This document shows, piece after piece, positions 39,158 to 50,634 of a stretch of DNA of 64,000 nt (its first letter is position 1; each line of letters begins with the position of its first letter). Position numbers and translations under genes: made by a program. The DNA comes from Azolla caroliniana (taxonomy: Eukaryota; Plantae; Polypodiophyta). The notes under the pieces were generated by a model. The model did not search any database, was not told the origin of the DNA, and saw nothing but the letters and a program-made list of their open reading frames with translations. The DNA is taken from positions 22,134,001 to 22,198,000 of the forward strand of contig JBHGNT010000002.1 of the NCBI GenBank assembly GCA_043228905.1. The letters run 5' to 3'.

Positions 39158-41257
39158 TACAAAAAAAGGGGCTTGACATTAAAAGAGGGACTTGATACCA
39201 ATAAATTTTTATAATAAATGTATGTAGAAGTATTCGCTTTATTTTTAATAAATAAATAAAACAAAATAAAGGTTCATTAATTCCTCACTTTTTATTCTCT
39301 CAAAATTTATAGATATTTTTGTCTTGAGTCTTGACATTAAAAATGGGACTTCACACTAATCATTTTCTATATAATAAATATAAAAATATTCGTTTTTTTA
39401 AAAATTAATTAATTAAAACCAAGATTTATAAATTCTCCCTTTTTTATTTGACTCGATAAAGCAGAGTCAATACTAATCATATTTTTATAATCTATTAATG
39501 AATGATTGTTCTTCTTTTGGTGAATTAAATTTATTTAAGTAAAAAAAATGAATTAATTAATGTTTTACATATTTATTTTGCAAAACGAATGTATTTATAA
39601 CATTCTTGGGACCATTTCGTATTCTCAAGTATTCCGAATATCACGCATGTGTCAAATTCAATCTATGCTAATAAGTATGAAAAAAAAGGTTAGTAAAATT
39701 TTAGGTAAGTAAAAAATGTAGTTTTTACTTAAAACTTAAAACATTAAAATCAAACCTATACATTCTTAAAGTATTTCGTAAATGTTATTGTTTAAAATTT
39801 CAACTAATATTATTAGTAAATAATAAATATTTGAGAATATATATCATTGTTACATGATGATGATATTATTTTCAGCGTGTTATAAAAACATATAATTTTT
39901 TGGAAAAAAACCATAAGTATAAATATATTATTATACACACACTTCATAGTATGTATCTATAATAAGTGACATATGTTTATATAATATATATGACATAGAG
40001 AATAGAATTTTAGCATGTCATTTGACATGCATAATTTGTAGGGGCCTTTCACATGAAAATGGAAATTTAAATTTTATATGTCACTTGACCGGCATTTTTA
40101 TTATGTGTATGTTTTTGACGGGCAAAATGGCATTTGATGGGCATGACACCCGTCAAATTCTTGCCTTGATGGGGAGAGAGCTCATATTTTATGTTTTCTT
40201 TTGTGAAAAGTTTATTTTTCATATAAAATATGGAAAATAACCATTTGTTTAAGTTTTGTTTTACTTGGTAACGTGTAAAAATAGCCAGAGTTGCAAAATG
40301 TGGATGATATGGGATTCAAATTTTTGAGAATTCTAGCTAAATCCACGTTTGAACCTCGATGGCACACTTACATTGTGCCAATGACTTTGTCTAACATTGC
40401 TCAAACCTCAAACCACAAGCCTCGATTTGAATATAGATTGCAATTATGATAAGGGATCCGTCAACTCCATGGGATAAATCAAAGTGGTAGATTTAGCTAG
40501 AAAGGAGAAAATGCACCAATAATAATGTTGAGGACATCCTTGGTACCCAAGTACATCAAGAAGAAACACATCGTAACAAGTTCAATGAGAATAAGGTTGT
40601 TGATGATTATTTTGGTAAGGTACTTTTTTAAAAACAAGGATGATAACAGTTCTATCAAAGGTAAATAGGTTGAACAAGGAATCATAATACTAAATCACGA
40701 ATATTTTAAAAGCCATAAAAGTCAAATGATGAATATCACATCTTACGAGGAATCGTGCAATCCCAATAAGGGTAGTACCTTAAAAACTAGTTTCATTGTA
40801 GCCCGTTGTTTGCTGAGTTTTTTGTCTTTATGAAAAGACAACATTATCTCCAACCAACATGTTAGAAAACCATAGGTAACAACTCAGTTTGAAGGATAAC
40901 TATATAGTGTTGTCCTAACTTTTCTATTACTAGGAAATAAGAAGATTGAACCCTAGATGGGCCATTATGGATATTAATCTTCAATTTCTCTAGCGTATCA
41001 ATGCCACTAGTTCCTTAAAGCCTCAAGTTTGGTAACCTATATTGAAATTCACCCTACATGTAATTTTGATCAGGATTTCATAAATGCAATTAAAATAAGA
41101 GATATGTGTCAATGAAACACAACATAGCATGGGTAAATGTGGACAAACTTCAACCATCTTGACCATCCCACATGCTTGAACAAGGGAATATAAGATGCAT
41201 TGAAGTAATGTATGTACGTTGACCATTCGGTTAATAACCTCTTACATAAGATGATCT

Positions 41258-41534
41258 TGTTGAAGAATAGGGTTAATGGAGCATACTCTAGGTGAGAGTA
41301 TTGAAAAAGAAGAAGCTAGATTCCTTTCTTGTCATTTTGAGTCTTATTGTATCTACTCACATGAGAAATTGCTCTCTATTGTCACCGATCTTTGTATAAT
41401 TATGCATATGTCCTTAATATCATACTGGTTTTGTCTTCTATTGCTTTGTATTAACTAAACTACATGACATTGATATATGACTGATCCGCTTGATAGCGCT
41501 TCCACTAATTCCTAATTATTACATGGTATTAGAG
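41258..41534 (+). mobile_element. Ancient Copia-type LTR remnant followed by a tRNA-iMet-like PBS
   Basis: TGTTGA at 41258 ... ACA at 41521-41523, followed directly by TGGTATTAGAG (compare TGGTATCAGAGC). Downstream sequence is degenerate. Confidence 0.45.
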
Positions 41535-41994
41535 TTTTGAAGTACCATCCAAATCAATTGATTGAATGGAGGAGCTTAGATTTGACAATAACATATGTAC
41601 ATGTGATTACTCTAGATTAAAGAGTGGCTCAATCAACATAGTAGCACATGCCATGAAGTGGAACTAGTGAGACTACCGACTGAGCTTGTAGATACAAGAG
41701 GCTAGGACAAATGATAATATTTGATGGGGGTCTTGATGGTTTGATCAAGATGTTGTGGAATCTAAAGATGACCTCTCTATGTTGATTTTTTTGTGTTTCT
41801 TGGTATCTTGACATTGAATTAGTGGGAACAACATATTTGGACTCTATGTGATGATCTCGACATTTATAACATATGTGCAAGCTTGGAAAAGGAGCAAAGT
41901 GGATTATTTGTAAGCTTGTTTTATATGATGACACATGTTCAACATAGTACAAAGGAAAATATCAATAGAAATTTCTTCAAGATTACTATGAGAC

Positions 41995-42097
41995 TGTCAA
42001 GAATAGTACTAAGATAGAGAAGGAATTAGTACTAAAAGAAGTTTTAGTACTAAGAGAGGTGAAGAACTCTCGAGAGAAGGAGAGAGTGAGTGAGAGG

Positions 42098-42179
<82 letters not shown>

Positions 42180-42379
42180 TGATAAGAAAAGATATATATA
42201 TATATATATTATGTGAAGAGAATGTACAGTAGTAGCTAGGAGGCTTAAGACTGGCGTTGAACCGAAAATAAAACATAAATGAAAATAATATTCTACGTAT
42301 TACAATGTACGGTCTAATGGTTAAGAGCTCGACCCATGTAGCATAAGGTCATGGGTTCGAGTCTTGCCATATCATGACA
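41995..42379 (-). repeat. 3' LTR of element A (385 bp, TGTCA...TGACA)
   Basis: Begins right after the PPT on the minus strand and has perfect 5-bp inverted termini. Contains (AT)n and (CT)n tracts and a tRNA-like segment. Confidence 0.8.
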
Positions 42380-45300
42380 CTATCCCCCCTTTAAAACGAC
42401 GAGTGTTACGAGTCGTTTTGGATTGAGGACCCGGTTTGTCTGGATATTGACGATGGAAGTCTTCAAGAAGAGCACGAGCATTGGTCACATTCTCTATCGG
42501 TTCCCAAGTACGCTTGCTGGGACTATATCCTAGCCAATCGACTAGATAGTAGAGCTTGTTGCGAACAATCTTGGAATCAAGGATGACGAGCATTGGTCAC
42601 ATTCTCTATCGGTTCCCAAGTACGCTTGCTGGGACTATATCCTAGCCAATCGACTAGATAGTAGAGCTTGTTGCGAACAATCTTAGAATCAAGGATGACG
42701 AGCATTGGGTCACATTCTCTATCGGTTCCCAAGTACGCTTGCTGGGACTATATCCTAGCCAATCGACTAGATAGTAGAGCTTGTTGCGAACAATCTTGGA
42801 ATCAAGGATGGCGGCAACCTTGTACTCAGGTCCATCTTCAAGCTCGATTGGAGGTGGAGACTGTGTAATATGTCCTGGGATGGTGCTCTCTTGATAGGGT
42901 TCGAGGAGAGAACTATGAAACACTGGATGTATCTGAAGTTGCGGAGGTAGATTGAGACGAAAAGCGACATCATTAATCTTTCCTATAATACGGAAAGGAC
43001 CTAATCGCCGATAATCCAACTTCTAGCATGGGCGAGTAGTCTTGATGTGTCGTCGTAGTAGCCATACCCGATCTCCAATGTTAAAACTGGATGGGAGTCG
43101 ATGACGATCCGTATAAACCTTGTGTGTTTGTTGAGCTTGTTGGAGATGAGTAGATAAATCGGCTTGTATCTTGCGTAACCGCTCTAAACGATCCTCTACG
43201 CAAGGATTTGTGGACAACTCTGGGGTTTCAAAGACACACCACCGGGGGTGAGCACCCGTATAAGCATAAAATGACGTAACTTTAGTCGATGCGTGGACAG
43301 AGTTATTGTAGGCAAATTCGGCGAAGTGGAGAATATCTACCCAGTCATCCTGATGATAGCTTAGAAAGCACCGACGATACTGCTCCAATGTTTGATTTGT
43401 TCGTTCTGCTTGGCCATCTGTTTGTGGGTGGTAGCTGGAAGAGAGGTTACACGTGACCTTGAGCATTTTAAAAAGGTGCTTCCAGAATTTTGATACGAAC
43501 TGGGGTCCACGGTCGTTGATGATACTATCGGGAAGGCCATGATGCTGACATACTTCACGCATGACAATTTCAGTGGTTTCTTCACTGGATATATCCTTAG
43601 TACATGGCAAGAAATGAGCCATCTTCGTATATCGATCTACGACTGTTAGAATCGCATTGAACCCCTTAGAGACTGGAAGATCTGTGATGAAGTCTAGAGC
43701 AATGGATTGCCATGGCTTGCTTGGAATTGGTAATGGTTCTAATAAACCATATGGATGATGCCTTGGCATTTTCGCTCTACAGTATGTATCACAAGTCCAA
43801 ACAAAATCTTCGACAAATTATCGCATACGGGTCCACCAAAATGATCGTTGTACTAAATCTAATGTTTTAGTACTACCAAAATGCCCAGATGTATATGTGT
43901 CATGACAGTTTTGGACTACTCGAAGGCAGCAAGAACCATTAGGAACATACAAGAGTTCATTAAAGAATAGTAATCCATCATGGTATTTGAATTGCTGATA
44001 GTCCGTACCTGGTGATTGCGACGGTGAACAAGATGCTCGAGAGGGATCAATTTGTGCTAGAATGGCTTGGGCGAAAGCATCGGTCTTCAAGTCCTCACGT
44101 ATAGTATCGATAACATGGGAATTCATTGCCATGCCAAAGACCTGTGTTGCTTGCAGTCGTGTCGGTCTCAAGATTACTTGCTTTTGGTTATCAAAAGCTG
44201 GCGCGCCGGGACGCGGTGCTAGGTACAAACGCCATGATAATGCATCTGCCTTCCCTTGGTGCTTCCTTGGACGATAAGTAATTTTGAAGTCGAAACGCGT
44301 GAGGAAGTGGGCCCATCGAGCTTGACGTCGATTTAACACACGAGTGTCCTAAAAGTAGGCAAGGTTTTTGTGGTCACTAAATATGGTGACTTGATGAGAG
44401 GATCCCTCTAGAAAATGCCTCCATTGCGTAAAAGAATCCACTATTGCCAATAGCTCCTTATCATGAATTTTGTAGTTGATTTCGGCGGCGTCAAACTTGC
44501 GTGAGTGAAGCCACAGGATGTAGCTTCTCATCATTACCCCGTTGTGATAGAATGCTCCCCAATGCGAAATCCGATGCGTCTGCTTTGATAATGAATGGTT
44601 TTTCCGGATCGACATGAGCTAGAATTGGAGCCTATGTAAATGCCTTTTTAAGACTCTCGAAAGCCATGTCCACTTCTTTAGACCAAATGAACGATTGTCC
44701 CTTCTTGGTAAGCTGTGTGAGAGGCAGAACGAGCTTTGAGTAATCCTGTATGAACTTTTGGTAAAAATTGGCAAAACCTAAAAAGCATTGCACATCTCGC
44801 ATTGAACGCGGAGTCTGCCACTCTACCACAGTTTTGACCCTAGCTGGGTCCATGGAGATGCCTTCCGAGGAAATGACATAGCCTAGAAATTCCACCTGGT
44901 TGCACCCAAAACTACATTTTTCCAGCTTTGCATAAAGACCACGTTCTCGAAGTCATTTTAGTACTAACAATACATGAGAATCATGCTCTTCTTGGGTCTT
45001 CGAATAAACCAGTCGATCATCCAAATAGATGATCAAACAAACATCCAAGAGATCTCGGAATATATCATTTGCCATGTGCTAGAAGACTGCTGGCGCATTA
45101 GTGAGGCCGAACGACATGACTGTATACTCGAAGTGTCCATATCTGGTGCGAAACACGGTCTTCCATTCATCTCCTGGTCGGATCCGTACGAGGTTATAGG
45201 CTCCCCGTAAGTCGATCTTCGTGAAGAACCTGACACCATTGATCCGTTCTAAAAGGCTTGAGATAAGGGGAAGTGCATACCTATTTATGATTGTCACCTT

Positions 45301-46187
45301 ATTCAAGCCACGGTAATCTACAACGAGACGAAGTGATCCGTCCTTTTTCTTGATGAAGAAAATGGGTGCGCCGGCTGGAGATTTCGAATGTCGAATGAAA
45401 CCATTTTCCAAATTCTCCTCTATATAGGGTTGCAGGACTTCTAGCTCGGTTGGTGACAAATTGTAGATCGGTCCCCATGGTGGCTCTTTCCCCGGTTGTA
45501 AATTGATGGGGCAATCATACGGTCGATGGTGAGGAAGCGTATTGGCTTGTACTTTATCGAACACATCGACATAATGATGATAGTTCTTTGGAAGTTGAAC
45601 GGTGGACTCCTCTTTAATGGTGTTTGAGGGCTTTACTGATATTGCGAAGAGAAACATTTCTTCCTTGCGTCCTTCCCGCAACGGATGTAGCGAAATGGTT
45701 GCAATCTCATGAGTAGATACTCGGGCTTTTCGATACCAGATTTCTCTTGTTCTCCAATCTATGTCTGGGTTATGTAATTGGAACCATGATAATCCTAAAA
45801 CAATGGGATGTTCTGGGATGCTAATTATATTAAATGATACTACACATGCTAGATTATCTAGGATAATATTAACGGGCTCTGACTCTTCTATGATATTTGC
45901 GGAAGCAATGGGACGACCATCAATGACTACTACAAAGGTTGGACATGGGAGTTTTCTGAGAGATATTTGATGAGCTTGGGCAAAGTTCCTATCCATGAAG
46001 CAAGAATTAGCTCCGGAATCTAGAAATGCTAAGACATGTACTGGAGGGGTACTTTTAGTACTAACTGTTACTTGGGCTACGAACACATTGCTAACTTGCT
46101 TAGAGGGAATGGAACCACTAATGGGCTGCACAGATCTAGGGTTGTCCAACCAAATGGCTCCTATTTTGGCTGGACTTAGTCGTTTAA
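42372..46187 (-). pseudogene. pol of element A (PR-RT-RH-IN-CHD), disrupted by stops and frameshifts
   Basis: ORF fragments 45079-46149, 44632-44895, 44349-44615, 43818-44339, 43023-43769, 42654-43019 and 42372-42593 carry consecutive pol motifs. Confidence 0.93.
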
Positions 46188-47092
46188 CTCTTCTTCTAAT
46201 TGACTAAGGACATCAAATTTGTTCGCTAGAGTTGGGCTATTAGTACTATTAGGACTATCAGATATCCCTACTGAAATAGACTCGGGTTTAGTACAATCAG
46301 AACTAGCAACTATTTGGTTTACTTGCCTTCTTGGCCTATGGGGACAATTTACCGCGATATGCCCTGGTCCACCGCAATAAAGACATAGTCGGTTTGCTCG
46401 GCGTTGTTGCTTTTCTTCTTCCGATAGCGGTCCACGACGACATGTGGTATCAATTTCCATCGGAGTTGGAGTACTTACTGGAGGCGCATTATATGAATCC
46501 CTCGGAAAAGGTTTCGCTACTACTGAGGCGTAGGTAGGCTCTGATCTTGCCCTCGGAATCTGGAATTGTCGTTCCGAACGTCGTTCGAAGAGGCGGTTGT
46601 CGCATCTCACCGCGCGACTGATTGCTTCTGTTAATGACTTTGGCTCTTCGGGGAAGGTCAAGAGTAAATCCTTGACATCGTTGCGTAAACCATAACGAAA
46701 TTGCTCCATCAATGCGTGATCATCCCAAGGGATATCGGCAGCGAGTAAGCGGAAATCTGCAGTGTATGCGGAGGCTGGACGGTCACCTTGGCGTAATCGT
46801 CGGATTTTGTTGATTGCAGTCCTTATGCTGTCAGTATCTCCAAAACAGGCCTTAAACTCACTTATAAATTCTTCAAAATTGTTTAGTAATGGAGATTCCT
46901 TTTCCAACAATGGAGCAAACCATGCTATCGTTGAGCCACTAAGGAGAGTGCCTACTAGTCCCACTCGTGATGCATCGGTGGGATATCGAGAAGGATGCAT
47001 TTGTATCACTAAACATACCTGATTCAAAAACCCTCTAAACTGTGCTAGGGTCCCATCAAATTTCGCAGGAAGACCGATCTTGGGTTCTTTGT
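46176..47092 (-). pseudogene. gag of element A (C-terminal part)
   Basis: LPAKFDG..FRGFLNQV, LRQGDRPASAYTADF, PTPMEID, CLYCGGPGHIAVNC. The N-terminus is cut off by the Copia LTR at 47093. Confidence 0.9.
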
Positions 47093-47398
47093 TGTTGAGA
47101 ATCAAGCTCAACTTGGTCTAGTGTGTGAACTCACCTTGAGAGTGAAGAGACACTCCAACGGTCAAGAGTCACCATTATGTCACCACTTTGTATTCTAGCA
47201 TTTAGTATGAGTCATAGAATCATATTCTATGACACATAACTTATGAGCTTTCACATTCCCCATGCTCCATGAGTCTTGTAGTTAATGAAGAGAGAGGGTG
47301 ACTAAATAAAGCACCCTCCTCCCACCTTGTATAATGTTGAGTCTTTCTCCTTTGTTAATATACTTAACCTTGCGTATACTCTCTCTCTCTCTTTATCT

Positions 47399-47438
<40 letters not shown>

Positions 47439-47486
47439 GTTCACACCTATTCCGCTTCACAAGAATCCATCTCTTGATTCTTTACA
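47093..47486 (+). repeat. Copia 5' LTR (394 bp)
   Basis: Matches 63649 onward; TG...CA termini; followed by the PBS. Confidence 0.95.
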
Positions 47487-47645
47487 TGGAATCAGAGCGA
47501 TTTGGTAGCTCAATCTAGCCCATTCGCCTCATCGCGATCGTGTGTTGTGCTCCACGCAGATGACCAAGAACCGGCTCATCGCTATCGTAGCTTTGCGACA
47601 TAGCTCGCATTCGAAGAGAGAAGAAGAAGAAGAAGAATCGACATA

Positions 47646-49357
47646 ATGAATACTCAAATGGGGAGCGCTCTCCCTACCGAGAAGTTGGATCGAAACAACT
47701 TCGCATCTTGGGAGTACAAGATGCACCAATACCTTGTCGGACAAGGCTATTGGAGCTACATCAAAGGAGCGCATGAAGACCGACCCACCGAAGAGGCTCC
47801 CGGATACGCGACATGGGAGCAAGCCGCAAGCCGCGTGATGTATTGCTTGGCGACGTGTGTTCACGATCACATGCTCGGCTACATTCGCGAAGCCAAGACG
47901 CCGAAGGAAGTGTGGGAAAATCAACGAAAGATTTTCGCCGCCAACACAACCGCGAGGAAGCTTCAACTCTGCCAAGAGTTGAACAACATTCAACAAAGGG
48001 ACATGTCCATCACGACATACACCTTGAAGATCAAGGAGCTTTGCGACTTGCTCGGCTCAATAAGCGTAAGTATAGATGATAATGAGATGGTGCAAATATG
48101 CCTCGGTGGCCTCGCACCACGGTTCGGCGCGATGCGAACCACCGTTCTAGCACGGGAGAAATCTCCCTCCTTGTTCGAGCTCCAATCAATGCTATTGGTC
48201 GAAGAAAACCACGTGCGTACAAGGAGCAATGAGTCGGAAGGCCACATGCTCTACACGCACTCGAACGGAGGAAGAGGATGCAGACGATCGAGAGGCCGAT
48301 TCGGCCAAGGACAAGGCGGACGAGGTCCGACCTACGATAACAACTCCTAATTTTGGCCGCAAAACGGAAGCCAACGAGGAACCTTCGCAAGAAGGGGGAG
48401 CTTCCACTCCGGCCCGAGCCATCAAAATGCAACCGAATGCGGATATTGCGGAAAGCTCAGCCACCACGAAGAAGAGTGCCGAAAGAAGATGCGTGAATCA
48501 GCTTCCACAAGCTGACAACTCACGAATTACGCCCACAATTCCGACTACAAAGAGTATAGTGGAATGTACGGGCACAACTCCGACTACGAGGATCGTGGCG
48601 GAATGTACGCATACAACTCCAACCGTGGCAGAATGTTCATGATGAAACATCGAGCAAACTCTATGTCGGCCTCTACCTCAACTAGTGCCCTCAATCCGGA
48701 GGACGTATGGTTTGTTGACTCCGGAGCCTCAAACCATATGACATACCATAAAGAATGGTTTCTCGAACTTCGAGAGCCGGAGCGACCCGGTTATGTCGAA
48801 ACCGGAGATGACACTATGCACCCGATTCGGCACATCAGCAATGTTCCGTTTGACGAAAGAGGTAAGCAAACATACATTAAAAATGTCTTGCATGTTCCCA
48901 CCATCACGAAGAATTTGGTCTCGGTTGGCCAAATGGTTGAGCAAGGGATGCAAGTACGATTCGACCAAGAAGGGTGCTTCATCGAAAAAGAAGGCTGAAT
49001 CATCGCACGCGGAAGAAGAGAGGGCCGGATGTTCATTCTCGATTCGCACGAGATGAAATCCACCATGTTCGCGAAAAGCACGAAAGCCGACTCCGACATA
49101 GAGCTATGGCATAAGCGAATCGGCCACATCAATCTTAACAAACTCAAAGAAATGAAATCAAAAGGAGTCGTCATCGGACTCCTGACATTCAAAGAGAAGG
49201 AGATTGAAGGTGTATGCGAAGCGTGCCAATTCGGCAAGAAACACTGACACCCATTTCCGAAGGAGCGGAACGTGAGCAAAGGCGTACTCGACGTAATTCA
49301 TTCCGATGTATGGGGTCCGGCTCAAATGGCGACATTCGGCGGATGCTGATATTACGT
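47646..49357 (+). pseudogene. Copia gag (CCHC), protease, GAG-pre-integrase and start of integrase
   Basis: EKLDRNNFASW, CGYCGKLSHHEEEC, WFVDSGASNHMT, LWHKRIGH, CEACQFGK, IHSDVWGP. Several in-frame TAA/TGA stops. Confidence 0.92.
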
Positions 49358-49917
49358 TGCCGTGAAGAAAACCGTCCCCAGGCACAAACCGTGTGTTATG
49401 TGTGTGAACCAGCCCTTACACGTGGGCACGTCCCTTGTCGTATAGTAGATAGGTAGGCACAAAGGTTAGATCCTAGGTAGCAATATTCTATAAGGGAAAT
49501 CAAGGAGTATCTCTGTCCGAAAGGACAGAGAATTAATGTGATGTAAATGGGTGAAACGGCCTCCCTCCTTGAGCTATAAAGGAGAGGGAGACGGGGGATC
49601 GCGCGCAAAAAGGAACGAAGTGCTGTCGGACTGGGACCGAGCTCTTCTTCTCTGTCGTTCTCCATAGGTTTCTTTGGCGCAGGTTCTCGGGAGGCGGATC
49701 CTGCTCCGTGGAACTCCCGTGTGCTTCCGGCAAGATCTCCATCTTGCTCTCCTATGTGCGTGGGTGGTTAGGCGTCGGCATCCACCTCGCCGACTTGGTC
49801 GGCTGTAACCGTTCGAGTGTTCTGCATACATTTATATACATACGCTAGTGTTCTCAACTCGTGTCTCCTGTGTTGTTGGGCCACGTCCCCGTGCACTTCT
49901 CTGTCTATACGTGTGTG

Positions 49918-49954
<37 letters not shown>

Positions 49955-50028
49955 TTCTCACCTATTCCTCGGTCCAAGACCCCAGTGGTCCCGCCTTGTT
50001 CTCCACGCACGCGCGTAACAACGCGACA
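49358..50028 (+). repeat. Element B 5' LTR
   Basis: About 97% identical by eye to 60099-60769. Confidence 0.95.
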
Positions 50029-50032
50029 TATT

Positions 50033-50050
50033 TGGTGAACCCGACGTGAA
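50033..50050 (+). promoter_or_regulatory. Primer-binding site of B, complementary to the 3' 18 nt of plant cytosolic tRNA-Trp
   Basis: TGGTGAACCCGACGTGAA is the reverse complement of ...TTCACGTCGGGTTCACCA (tRNA-Trp 3' end recalled from memory). Confidence 0.85.
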
Positions 50051-50071
50051 CAGGTGGCAGAGGAGTAGAAG

Positions 50072-50634
50072 ATGAGGGGGTCAGACCTTGCAGAAGCCAT
50101 GGCTTCGGCTGTAGACCGTATAGTGAGTGCGCGCGAAGGCACTGGCGCCCTTGATAGGGCTATCGAGGCGGTTGTCGGTACGATCGACCGGTTTAGTGGA
50201 ATGGATGCCACGAGCTACTTGGCGTCCTACCGGGCTGAGATGGTAATGAGGGACATTTCGGAAGAGAGGCGTCTAGCCGGGTTCCCTCGAGTGGCGACGC
50301 CGGGTATCCATACGGAGGTGCTCGAGGTACGGGCCGAGAGCCGGACCTGGGAGGAGTTCGAAGGTCGGCTCCTCGAAAGATACGGGCTTGAAGATGCACT
50401 TCGACTTTCGAAGCGGGACTTCATGGAGTGGGTGGAGACCCCCGACAAAGGAAGGAACGCGTCAGTGCTCCTTCGGGAGTTTGAGGAACGCTTCGCGCGC
50501 CTTTCGGTGCTTGACCGGACCGTTCTGGACACAAGCCGTGTCCTATTGTTGGTTAAGTCAGTTGACGAGCGGGATCGGGAGCAGGTAGGCCTCCTATTGG
50601 AGACTGATGACGGGCTGATGGCCGACTGGGCCGT
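50072..50634 (+). pseudogene. Element B gag, N-terminal part
   Basis: ORF starts 22 nt after the PBS and continues in frame at 54995 once C is removed (DWAV|VKRVCGRFD). Confidence 0.9.

Larger units (their letters stand above)
41995..47092 (-). mobile_element. Element A: Ty3/gypsy chromovirus (Tcn1-like), defective; interrupted in gag by the Copia, with its 5' end beyond the window
   Basis: Order gag(CCHC)-PR(FLDSGA)-RT(IIYLDD)-RNaseH-IN-chromodomain-PPT(aaaggggggatag)-LTR. Confidence 0.93.

Noticed and set aside
38300-40170. AT-rich region with tattcg/cgaata palindromic motifs, a ~155-bp degenerate direct repeat and possible transposon ends
   Set aside because: Probably old non-autonomous DNA transposons, but I could not define TIR pairs or TSDs.
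42304-42372. Functional tRNA gene
   Set aside because: Acceptor, anticodon and T stems do not pair; kept only as a tRNA-derived segment.
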